A DNA stretch of 64,000 bases from an uncultured Sulfitobacter sp. (GTDB lineage Bacteria > Pseudomonadota > Alphaproteobacteria > Rhodobacterales > Rhodobacteraceae), in NCBI GenBank assembly GCA_963422245.2, contig CAXMWW010000032.1, positions 181,500 through 245,499 on the forward strand. Reading direction: 5' to 3'. The position numbers were made by a program, and so were the translations under genes. Below are positions 39,696-47,939 of the stretch, piece by piece; the stretch's first letter is position 1, and the number at the start of each line of letters is the position of its first letter. The notes beneath the pieces are model-generated. The model saw nothing but the letters and a program-made list of their open reading frames with translations, was not told where the DNA came from and ran no database searches.

Positions 39696-40636
39696 CAGTA
39701 GCGGATCCTTGGGTCGAGCACGGTGTAGCTGAGGTCAATCACCAGATTGATCAGCACGTAGATGAAGGAAAAGAGCAGCACGACTGCCTGAATGGCCGGG
39801 AAGTCGCGGTTGAGCACGGCCTCAACTGTCAGCAGGCCAAGGCCGGGGATGTTGAAAACGCTTTCGGTCACCACGACGCCGCCGATGAGGATGGCAAAGG
39901 CAAAGCCGATCACCGTCACGATGGGTACGGCCGCATTGCGCAGGGCGTGGCGGATCAGAACCTTGTTTTCGGTCTGGCCCTTGGCGCGGGCCGTGCGGAT
40001 GTAGTCCTCGCCCAGCACCTCCAAAACCGAGGTGCGGGTCATCCGGGCGATGAAGGCGACAAAGATGATCGACAGCGCGATGGCGGGCAGGATCAGGTGT
40101 TGGATCCACGGGCCCAGGCCGTCTGCCATGCGCTTGTAGCCCTGCACCGGGAACCAGTCGAGCTTGATGGAGAAGAGGTAGACCAGACCAAAGCCGATCA
40201 CGAAGACGGGGATCGAAAAGCCCAGCACGGAAAAGCCCATGACCACGCGGTCCATCCAGCTGCCTTGCTTGTAGGCGGCGATCACACCCATCGGTACAGC
40301 GATGGCAACGGTCATGATGATGGTGACAAGCGACAGCGACAGTGTGGGTTCAATGCGCGCAGCGATCAGCTCGCTCACTTGTTTCTTGAAGAAAAAGCTT
40401 TCGCCCAGATCGCCCTGCAACAGGTTGCCTGCCCAGGTAAAGAATTGCTGGATCAGCGGCTGGGTGAGGCCCAGCTTGTCGCGGATTTCGGCGATCTGCG
40501 CCTCAGACGCAAAGTCGCCTGCGATCATCGCGGCGGGGTCGCCCGGTGTGAGGCGCAACAGCAGGAAAATGAAGATCGCGACAAACAGCATGACGGGGAT
40601 CGTCGCAAGCAGTCGCTTGATCAAGTAGAATGCCAT
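39695..40636 (-). CDS. Peptide-type ABC transporter permease (DppB-like)
   Basis: LQGDLGES, DYIRTARAKG, RHALRNA, VTESVF. Confidence 0.92.
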   Translation of the reverse strand: MAFYLIKRLLATIPVMLFVAIFIFLLLRLTPGDPAAMIAGDFASEAQIAEIRDKLGLTQPLIQQFFTWAGNLLQGDLGESFFFKKQVSELIAARIEPTLSLSLVTIIMTVAIAVPMGVIAAYKQGSWMDRVVMGFSVLGFSIPVFVIGFGLVYLFSIKLDWFPVQGYKRMADGLGPWIQHLILPAIALSIIFVAFIARMTRTSVLEVLGEDYIRTARAKGQTENKVLIRHALRNAAVPIVTVIGFAFAILIGGVVVTESVFNIPGLGLLTVEAVLNRDFPAIQAVVLLFSFIYVLINLVIDLSYTVLDPRIRY

Positions 40637-40707
40637 GGGGGCCCCGGGGGTTCAGCAGAAGGGGACGCGCCGCCACCATGGGGGCGGCGGCGCGAAGTGA
40701 AGCGAGA

Positions 40708-42303
40708 TTACTTCTTTTCGATGTTCCAGAAGACCGGCACGCCAGCCTGCAGGTAGCCATCGATGTTGTTGCGCAGACCAGAGGCAGTGTTCCACTGACC
40801 CAGGTGGATGTGGGTCGGATACTCAACCCAGGCCGCCTGGATTTCGTCGATCAGACGCTTTTGATCCTCGACTGAGGTGGCCTTGGCGAACTGGTCACGC
40901 AGGTCCTCGATCTTTTCGCTGCAGGGCCAGCCGAACAGCGCCTGGTCACAGGATGAATTTAGGAAGGCCATGGCCAGCGGGTTGATCAGGTCACCCATGG
41001 TCCAGGCTGTGATGAACATGTTCCAGCCGCCGTCAGCGGGTGTTTCCTGCTTGGAGCGACGCGCCACAAGGGTGGACCAGTCCATCGATTCCATCTGCAC
41101 GTTCATTCCGATGGCTTCCATCAACTCCTTGGCCACAGGGGCAAGGTTGGTCAGCGACGGCACGTTGGTGGAGTGCATCAGCAGCACAGGCTCACCATTG
41201 TACCCGCCTTCTGCCAGCAGCTCCTTTGCCTTGGCAAAGTTCGATTGCAGCAGCCCATCCATATGGGCGGTGGATTCAAACGGCATGCCGCAACCAAAGA
41301 GCGCCATGCAGGTCCGGTAGAAGTCCGGGTTACCCACGGTCGCGTCCAGGAAGTCCTCCTGGTTGAACGCATAGAGCAGCGCCTGACGGACCTTGGGGTT
41401 GTCAAACGGTGGGTGCAACACGTTGAAGCGCGCGGTGTACTGGAAGCCTGGTGGGTTGGCGTCTTTCATGTAGGCCTCACCGCCGCCTTCGACCAAGGGC
41501 ACAAGGTCTGCGGGCACGGATTCGATGATATCGACCTCACCGGCGTTCAGCGCGTTGATTGCCTGCTGAATGTCGCGGTTGGGGGTCCATGTCACGCGGT
41601 CCACCTTGGCCAGCTTGCCGCCTGCGAAACCGGAGGCAGGCTCGGAGCGGGGCACGTATTCGTCGAACTTTTCGTAGACGACCTTAACGCCCGGTTCCCA
41701 TTCATCCAGGTTCATCTTGTAGGGGCCGGACCCGATGTATTCCTCAATCTGTTCGCTTCCCGGCGTGGCCGCGATGCGCGCAGGCATCATGAAGGGCACG
41801 TTGGACGAAGGCTTGGACAGGGCGAGTTCCACCAGACCGGTGGGCACGCTCAGCTTGAACACCACGTTCTTGTCGCCGTCAGCTGTCAGGCTTTCGGTGA
41901 AGCTCATCAGCTTCTGGCCCATGGCGTCCTTGGAGCCCCAGCGCTCAATGGAGGCCACGATGTCTGTCGCTGTCACTGGCTGCAGGTCATGCCACATCAG
42001 CCCGTCGCGCAGAGTGATCGTAACCGTCAGCCCGTCATCGGAGCGCGAGACGGTATCGACCATCTGAGGCTGGATATTGCCGTCCGCGTCCAGCGCAAAG
42101 AGCGTGTCATAGATCATGTAGCCGTGGTTGCGGCTGATGTAGGCGGTGGTCCAGATCGGGTCGAGGATCTTCAGACCCGAATGCGGCACCACCCGCAGTT
42201 CTGTTTCGGCCAGCGTCGGCGTCGCGGCGACACTCAGACCGAGGCTCAGGACGGCGGCCGCAGCGGCCCCCTTCACCAAACCGCGTGTTGCGATTCCAAA
42301 CAT
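40708..42303 (-). CDS. Family 5 ABC transporter substrate-binding protein
   Basis: Signal peptide, LDPIWTTAY, IYDTLF, IGSGPY, FDNPKVRQA. Confidence 0.92.
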   Translation of the reverse strand: MFGIATRGLVKGAAAAAVLSLGLSVAATPTLAETELRVVPHSGLKILDPIWTTAYISRNHGYMIYDTLFALDADGNIQPQMVDTVSRSDDGLTVTITLRDGLMWHDLQPVTATDIVASIERWGSKDAMGQKLMSFTESLTADGDKNVVFKLSVPTGLVELALSKPSSNVPFMMPARIAATPGSEQIEEYIGSGPYKMNLDEWEPGVKVVYEKFDEYVPRSEPASGFAGGKLAKVDRVTWTPNRDIQQAINALNAGEVDIIESVPADLVPLVEGGGEAYMKDANPPGFQYTARFNVLHPPFDNPKVRQALLYAFNQEDFLDATVGNPDFYRTCMALFGCGMPFESTAHMDGLLQSNFAKAKELLAEGGYNGEPVLLMHSTNVPSLTNLAPVAKELMEAIGMNVQMESMDWSTLVARRSKQETPADGGWNMFITAWTMGDLINPLAMAFLNSSCDQALFGWPCSEKIEDLRDQFAKATSVEDQKRLIDEIQAAWVEYPTHIHLGQWNTASGLRNNIDGYLQAGVPVFWNIEKK

Positions 42304-42400
42304 TAGAGTTCTCCCTGTTTTTGTAACGCTTCTTCGAACGTCCTCTAAAGGTTGCGATGAACACCCTAACGAGTCAATTTTTTGTTTGCATTTTTATGCA

Positions 42401-43849
42401 TCAATCAAAGGGATTTTCGACCTTTGGCCAATAATTTCCGCTTCGTTTGGTGTAGGGGATGTTCGCGTAGTCTGGCGTGATCGCCCCGGGGCCGGAGATA
42501 TAGATGACTTCCGCCGCGATGGGGCCAAAGCCCGCATGGAAGTGTTGCGAGGATTTGACCACGATGATCTTCATCTGACCCAGATCGAGGCCCAGATCGG
42601 TGAAGGCCTTGGGGTGGAAGGCCTGCGTGCGCTTGTCCGACAGGATGAGGTGCACGCCTTGCGTTTCCAGCCAGACGCCGGTGCCCATGGGCATTTGCGT
42701 CTCGCCCATCAGTTGGTGCATGTCCTCGCGGATGCCACGCACGGTGACCGTCAGGTCGATGGGGTCGCCTGACATCTCACCCACCTTGCCGCCAAGCCTG
42801 ATGGGCATTTCGGCGCCGATGCCGGCATCCTGACACATGTGCACGACAATTGGGTCCCAGAAGATGCCGAGGGCGACGTCGGTTAACCCCTTGTCCAGAA
42901 TGTCGCGCAAGACGAACGTGGAATCTGCGGGCGCACCACCGCCCGCGTTGTCGGCAAAGTCTGCCAGTACGATGGGGGTTTTGTTGGCTGCCGCCGCCTG
43001 GTTCACGGCCTCGTCGATGGAGGGCCAATCGGGGCGGAGCTGCTCGCGCAAGCTCCAGAGCCTTTCGCCGAATTCCTGGGCGGTAGCGGCGGCTTTGTTG
43101 GCGTCCCCATCCGAGATCGCCAGCATGCGCGTCCCCACACGAGGTGTGTCGCCCCAGGGAAACCCGTGGCTGAGGGAGAGCGACAGGATGCCATCCTTGC
43201 CTTCGCGCGCCTGCATGTCGTCCACGAAGGCGCGCATTGGCGCGCGGGTCGTGTGGTACATGGTGATCATCCGGCAGTCGTAGTCGCGCATGACGGGCGT
43301 GATCTTGCCCTCCGCCGTGTCAGCGGCCAGCGTGAACAGTTCGCGCGCGCGGTCGGGGCTGTCGGTGTGGGGGTATTCCTTGTAGGAAATGATCAGGTCG
43401 GCAGCTTTCAACATCTCGTCGGTGAGGTGATTGTGGGGGTCAATTTCCAGCCCGATCACAACGTCCGGCCCGGTTATAGCGCGGGCGCGGGTCAGCAGGT
43501 CGCCTTCGCAGTCGTCGTAGCCTTCAGCAATCATCGCGCCATGCATGGAGATCAGGAAGATGTCGGGTTTGGTGGCTGTCAAATCCTCAAGGATTTCATC
43601 GCGGTACCCCTCATAGGTGCTGCGGATCGTGGTACCTGCGGGCTGGGCGAAAGCGGCGAGGCTTTCGGTGACCTCCCAACTGCGCGCCGCTGCCATGCGC
43701 CGCCATTCGTGCATCGGGGCGGAAAAGAGGTTGGGCGTCTCGGAGGTGGCGTTGCGGCTGACGTAAGAACTTTCAAAGGCCAGCCGGCCCGTGGGGATCG
43801 GCGAGAAAGAGTTCGTTTCAGTGGCCAGACCGGCGATCAGGATTTTCAT
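42401..43849 (-). CDS. M81 family metallopeptidase (MlrC-like)
   Basis: ATETNSFS, HGAM, DCEGD, DPHNH, YKEYPHTD, DNAGGG, VKSSQHF. Confidence 0.9.
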   Translation of the reverse strand: MKILIAGLATETNSFSPIPTGRLAFESSYVSRNATSETPNLFSAPMHEWRRMAAARSWEVTESLAAFAQPAGTTIRSTYEGYRDEILEDLTATKPDIFLISMHGAMIAEGYDDCEGDLLTRARAITGPDVVIGLEIDPHNHLTDEMLKAADLIISYKEYPHTDSPDRARELFTLAADTAEGKITPVMRDYDCRMITMYHTTRAPMRAFVDDMQAREGKDGILSLSLSHGFPWGDTPRVGTRMLAISDGDANKAAATAQEFGERLWSLREQLRPDWPSIDEAVNQAAAANKTPIVLADFADNAGGGAPADSTFVLRDILDKGLTDVALGIFWDPIVVHMCQDAGIGAEMPIRLGGKVGEMSGDPIDLTVTVRGIREDMHQLMGETQMPMGTGVWLETQGVHLILSDKRTQAFHPKAFTDLGLDLGQMKIIVVKSSQHFHAGFGPIAAEVIYISGPGAITPDYANIPYTKRSGNYWPKVENPFD

Positions 43850-43965
43850 GGCGGGCTCTCCTTTGGGGGCGGGTGGCAGCAGGCGGATTGCAGCAGCGTT
43901 TGGCCGGCGGTTCAAGTCCTTGCCGCTGGGCACCGAGGACTCCCCGGGTAAAAGCCCAACAAACA

Positions 43966-44005
43966 CTTAACGCAGACGTGTCGAAATCGACGCGTCTGCG
44001 TTAAG
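43966..44005. repeat. 19 bp-arm hairpin sharing AGACGCGTC core with the palindrome family
   Basis: CTTAACGCAGACGTGTCGA-AA-TCGACGCGTCTGCGTTAAG, single T-G mismatch. Confidence 0.7.
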
Positions 44006-44052
44006 GAACTGGTCATCCTTTCAAAGAGGTATCTGGGTGATTGAAGGGGGCT

Positions 44053-44820
44053 TCAGCTCAATCCCAGCCCGTCAGACTGCGCCAGTGCGGCCATGCCCCC
44101 GTCCACAACCACGTCGGTGCCCTTGATCCAATGGCTCTGTGGGCTGGCAAGAAAGACAATCACATCCGCCACTTCCTCCGGCAGTCCGGCGCGGCCTACC
44201 TTTGCGATGTTCCTCGCCACCCGGTCCCCGAAGGCCGCAACAAAGTCGTCCAGTATCCCGGTGCTGACGGCAGCGGGGCTGACCGCGTTCATCCGAAGTT
44301 CGCGGGCGATCATCTCTTGTGTCCGGGCCATCGTCAGGACGATTACAGCTTCCTTGGACAGGTTGTACGCACGGGTGGCGTCGATGCCTTGGTCCGCGAT
44401 GAAGGCGGGCAAATCGGCGGGCTCCAGCGCCATCAGCGCCTTCACCTGATCGATGTTATCCCGCCACATGGCCCCGGCGCGCGAAGCGGTGTTCACGATT
44501 GAGGCCCCGGGCGTCAGTTTGTCGAGCATGGCGTCGGTGAAAGCCTTGAGCCCGAAGTAGTTCACCCGCAACACAAGTTCCGCCATCCCGTCGCGCGGGG
44601 GCAGGCCTGCGTTGTTGATGAGCGCGTCAAAAGGGCCATCGGCTGTCGCAGCGGCTTCCTTAATGGAGGGCGGATCGCCCAGGTCGGTTTTGATCCAGCG
44701 GTCCACACCGGCACCGGGGTCCGTGATGTCAAAGGCAGTGACCGTATGGCCTGCGGCTTTGAGCTTGAGGGCGGTTTGCGCGCCAATGCCGGTGGCCGCG
44801 CCTGTCAGGGCTACGTGCAT
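44053..44820 (-). CDS. SDR oxidoreductase (coniferyl-alcohol/3-alpha-HSD-like)
   Basis: TGAATGIG, NNAG, VNYFG, YNLSK, NAVSP, VDGG. Confidence 0.88.
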   Translation of the reverse strand: MHVALTGAATGIGAQTALKLKAAGHTVTAFDITDPGAGVDRWIKTDLGDPPSIKEAAATADGPFDALINNAGLPPRDGMAELVLRVNYFGLKAFTDAMLDKLTPGASIVNTASRAGAMWRDNIDQVKALMALEPADLPAFIADQGIDATRAYNLSKEAVIVLTMARTQEMIARELRMNAVSPAAVSTGILDDFVAAFGDRVARNIAKVGRAGLPEEVADVIVFLASPQSHWIKGTDVVVDGGMAALAQSDGLGLS

Positions 44821-44838
44821 CTTGGGGTCTCCTGCATC

Positions 44839-46104
44839 TTATGTGTCCGCCGCTGCGTCTCGCAAAGACTTGGCCGCCGCGAAATAGCTGTTGCGGGCGG
44901 TTGTGTTGATCTGGGTCTCCGCCAGGGCCTCCATCGTTTCGGCTTTGAGCAAGTGAACAGGGATGCCCAAGGCCAGCAGGTGATCGCAAAGCTCCAACCG
45001 CCATTGTAGGTCGTCGGTGGCCTTTGCTGCTGCCAACATCGTATCCGTGCCACCCGCGAGGTCGGCCATATGTTGCGCGCGGGCACGGCTGGACAGCGTC
45101 CCGAGGTTGGTTGGGTTGCCATCGTACCAGCCCAACGTCCCGGTTGCGAAGGCGCGGGCGGACCAGTCGAGCCTGCCGTAGAACTCCTTGAGCCAGGGCC
45201 TGTCCGCGATGTCATCCGGCAGGGCAATCGTGGCGGCGATGTCGTCCATGCTGAGGCCTGCGTCCATGCCATCTGCCGTATGACGCATCACATGCAGGAT
45301 CGCGGCGCGGGTGGTGCTGAGCACCTCTGCGATTGCCACGCGTCCCACCACCGGGCGCGTGTGGCCGGGGGCGAGGATCTCCGCTTTCATGCTTTCCATC
45401 AGCGCGAGACTATCCGCCCAGGCCTGAAAGTCGCGGTAGGGCGTGCCGCGGATGGCATAGAGGTTGGGGAAGGTGTGATACCAGTTGTCACCCGAAAAAA
45501 GGACGCGCTGTTCGGGCAGCCAGACCATCAGGTGATCTGCGGTCTCTCCGGGGGCGTGGATCAGGCGCGCGGGGATGCCGCCCAGATCGATGTCACAATC
45601 CTCGGTTATGAACTGATTGGGCGGGATAAAGCCTGCGCCCATTCCCTCCATCGGGCGGTCGCCGGGGCCGAGGCCGAGGCTGATGCGCTGGTCCGGTGAA
45701 AGCCCGATGCCGAATTGCATCACGGTGCGTCGCATCAGGGCTTTGGCGGGGGTGATCGCATCGGGATCGACGCCCACCAGATCGGACTTGAAGAGGTGCG
45801 AGGCGATCACCGGCACGTCGTGCCCTTCGGCAAAAACGCTTGCGCCAGAAATGTGATCGCGGTGGCTGTGGGTCAGGATGATCCGGCCTACGGGTTTATC
45901 GGTACGTTCGCGAAATGCGGCGAGGATGTTTTCGGCCGCCTTTGTTGTCTCCGTAGTGTCGATGATCGTGAGGCTGTCCGCCCCTTCGATCATATGCACG
46001 TTAGAGGCCGCAAAGCCTACGGCGGTCCAGATGCCGGGGGCCAGTTCGATGACATCGCGGCGCAACTGTGCGTTATGTGCGACAAGATCCGGGTGGGCTT
46101 TCAT
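44839..46104 (-). CDS. Alkyl/aryl sulfatase of metallo-beta-lactamase fold (SdsA1-like, short form)
   Basis: THSHRDH, PGETADH, SGDNWY..FPNLYAIRG, PGH, GWYDGNP. Confidence 0.87.
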   Translation of the reverse strand: MKAHPDLVAHNAQLRRDVIELAPGIWTAVGFAASNVHMIEGADSLTIIDTTETTKAAENILAAFRERTDKPVGRIILTHSHRDHISGASVFAEGHDVPVIASHLFKSDLVGVDPDAITPAKALMRRTVMQFGIGLSPDQRISLGLGPGDRPMEGMGAGFIPPNQFITEDCDIDLGGIPARLIHAPGETADHLMVWLPEQRVLFSGDNWYHTFPNLYAIRGTPYRDFQAWADSLALMESMKAEILAPGHTRPVVGRVAIAEVLSTTRAAILHVMRHTADGMDAGLSMDDIAATIALPDDIADRPWLKEFYGRLDWSARAFATGTLGWYDGNPTNLGTLSSRARAQHMADLAGGTDTMLAAAKATDDLQWRLELCDHLLALGIPVHLLKAETMEALAETQINTTARNSYFAAAKSLRDAAADT

Positions 46105-47744
46105 TGGTCCGTGAACTTTTGATCGACTGTGCCGCGATAGGCGACCAGCAGTTCCTCGTCCACTTCCGTGCCGTCCGCCAGGAACGGCAGAATGCCCCGC
46201 CGCAGGGAGCGCCCGCGCATCGCTTTGAGGTCATCTTCGGATTTGGTGACGCGCTGAGCCAGCCGCCGCCCCCACTGCGCGAGGTGCCCATAGTGACGGT
46301 CGATGACCTCCGCGTGGGCATTGCCTTTGCCGAGGTCGTGGAACTCCTGCGGGTCCTCTTGCAGGTCAAACAGCATGGGGCGAAAGCCGCCTTCGGCGTG
46401 CATCATCTTGTAGCGCCCATCAAAGACCATGAAGAGCCGCGCGTCGCGGGGCTCCACCCCCAGTTTTGCGGCCTGAGGTGTGACGGAGTAGTCGTATTCG
46501 CTGATCACATAGTTTCGCCAATCATCAGGGCTTTCACCACGCAGCCACGGCATCAGGGACCGCCCCTCCACGATGTGATCGGGCACCGTGCCGCCGCTGG
46601 CGTCGATGAAAGTAGCGGTCAGGTCGATGGATTCGACAAGCGCGTCACAGGTAGTGCCGCGTGTTGCGTCAGCCTGCGCCCGGGGACAATAGATGATCAT
46701 CGGGATTTTGACGCTGGGTTCGTGGAAAAGGTCCTTTTCCCCCATCCAGTGATCGCCCAGATAGTCGCCGTGGTCAGAGGTCAGCACGATCATGGTGTCC
46801 TCCATGCGGCGTGTGTCCTCCAGATGATCCAGCAGGCGACCCAGCTGGTCGTCGCATTGCTTGATCAGGCCCATGTAGGCGGGGATCACCTTGTCGCGGA
46901 CCTCATCGCGATGAAAGGCCTGCGCGATCTTGTTGCTTTGGTAGGCCCCATAGACGGGATGCGGGTCTTCACGTTCGACATCGTGGCGCACCGGCGCGGG
47001 CACGTGGTTGGGGCCGTACATGTCGTGGTAGGGCGCGGGCACGATGTAGGGCCAGTGGGGCTTGATGTAGCTGACGTGGGCGAGCCACGGGCCTTGCTGT
47101 TCTTCGATGAATTCGATGGTCCTGGTGGTCAGCCAGGGGGTCTCGGAATCTTCTTCGCGGATGTTGGCGGGCTTGTCGGCGTTGCCCATGATCCAGCCTG
47201 TTGCGATTTGATCGCCCTCGACACCGGCATTGGCAAAGTTGGCCCAGGGGTTTTCGGCCTCGTAGCCTTTGGACTTTAGGTATTCGTTGTAAGGCGAGCG
47301 TTTTTCGTCATAGAACCCGTCGGGGCCCTGACCCCAAAGGCCATCATCCCTGATCCAGGTGTCAAAGCCGCACTCGGCCTGCCGCGCGCCGATCACGCTG
47401 TCGGCACTCAGACCCAGTCGCGCCATGCCTTCGGCGTCCGCTTTCATGTGGGTCTTGCCGATCAGCCAACAGTCGACACCGATCTTGCGCAGATGATCCC
47501 CCAGCGTCTGTTCGCCCACACGCAGCGGAAAGCCGTTCCAATGCGCCCCGTGGGAGGACGCATAGCGCCCGGTATAGGTGCACATCCGTGACCCGCCACA
47601 AACCGGGGATTGCACATACGCATTCGTGAACCGCACACCTTTCGCTGCCACGCGGTCAAAGTTTGGCGTGTGCAGGCTGGGGTGCCCCGCGCAGCTGAGG
47701 TAATCGAACCTGAGCTGGTCGTACATGATAAAGAGGATATTCAA
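46101..47744 (-). CDS. Formylglycine-type sulfatase / phosphonate monoester hydrolase family
   Basis: TTG start; DQLR, SPVCGGSRMCTYTGRY (Cys-type FGly motif), GKTH, KPHWP, TSDHG. Confidence 0.9.
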   Translation of the reverse strand: MNILFIMYDQLRFDYLSCAGHPSLHTPNFDRVAAKGVRFTNAYVQSPVCGGSRMCTYTGRYASSHGAHWNGFPLRVGEQTLGDHLRKIGVDCWLIGKTHMKADAEGMARLGLSADSVIGARQAECGFDTWIRDDGLWGQGPDGFYDEKRSPYNEYLKSKGYEAENPWANFANAGVEGDQIATGWIMGNADKPANIREEDSETPWLTTRTIEFIEEQQGPWLAHVSYIKPHWPYIVPAPYHDMYGPNHVPAPVRHDVEREDPHPVYGAYQSNKIAQAFHRDEVRDKVIPAYMGLIKQCDDQLGRLLDHLEDTRRMEDTMIVLTSDHGDYLGDHWMGEKDLFHEPSVKIPMIIYCPRAQADATRGTTCDALVESIDLTATFIDASGGTVPDHIVEGRSLMPWLRGESPDDWRNYVISEYDYSVTPQAAKLGVEPRDARLFMVFDGRYKMMHAEGGFRPMLFDLQEDPQEFHDLGKGNAHAEVIDRHYGHLAQWGRRLAQRVTKSEDDLKAMRGRSLRRGILPFLADGTEVDEELLVAYRGTVDQKFTDQ

Positions 47745-47827
47745 AGGGTTAGGCTCCTCTAGCGCGGCGGGGCGGTGTCTCGATTCGACGGGGATTGTGA
47801 CAAGTTGGTGAGCCTGGCACCAGCTTC

Positions 47828-47840
47828 CTTGTTTAACAAG
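47828..47840. promoter_or_regulatory. Candidate operator between divergent sulfatase and dehalogenase genes
   Basis: AT-rich palindrome CTTGTT-T-AACAAG. Confidence 0.35.
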
Positions 47841-47939
47841 TGAACTGTTGGGATTGATCCCCCGTTCTGGCGACCTTACCCTTGACCATACGCAGAGTGC
47901 TTCATCCAGCAGCTGCGCCAGCCAGACAGGGACACAGAC

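Noticed and set aside
47745-47939. Cobalamin riboswitch upstream of the B12-dependent dehalogenase
   Set aside because: No B12-box or GGGAA/GCCACTG core recognisable on either strand
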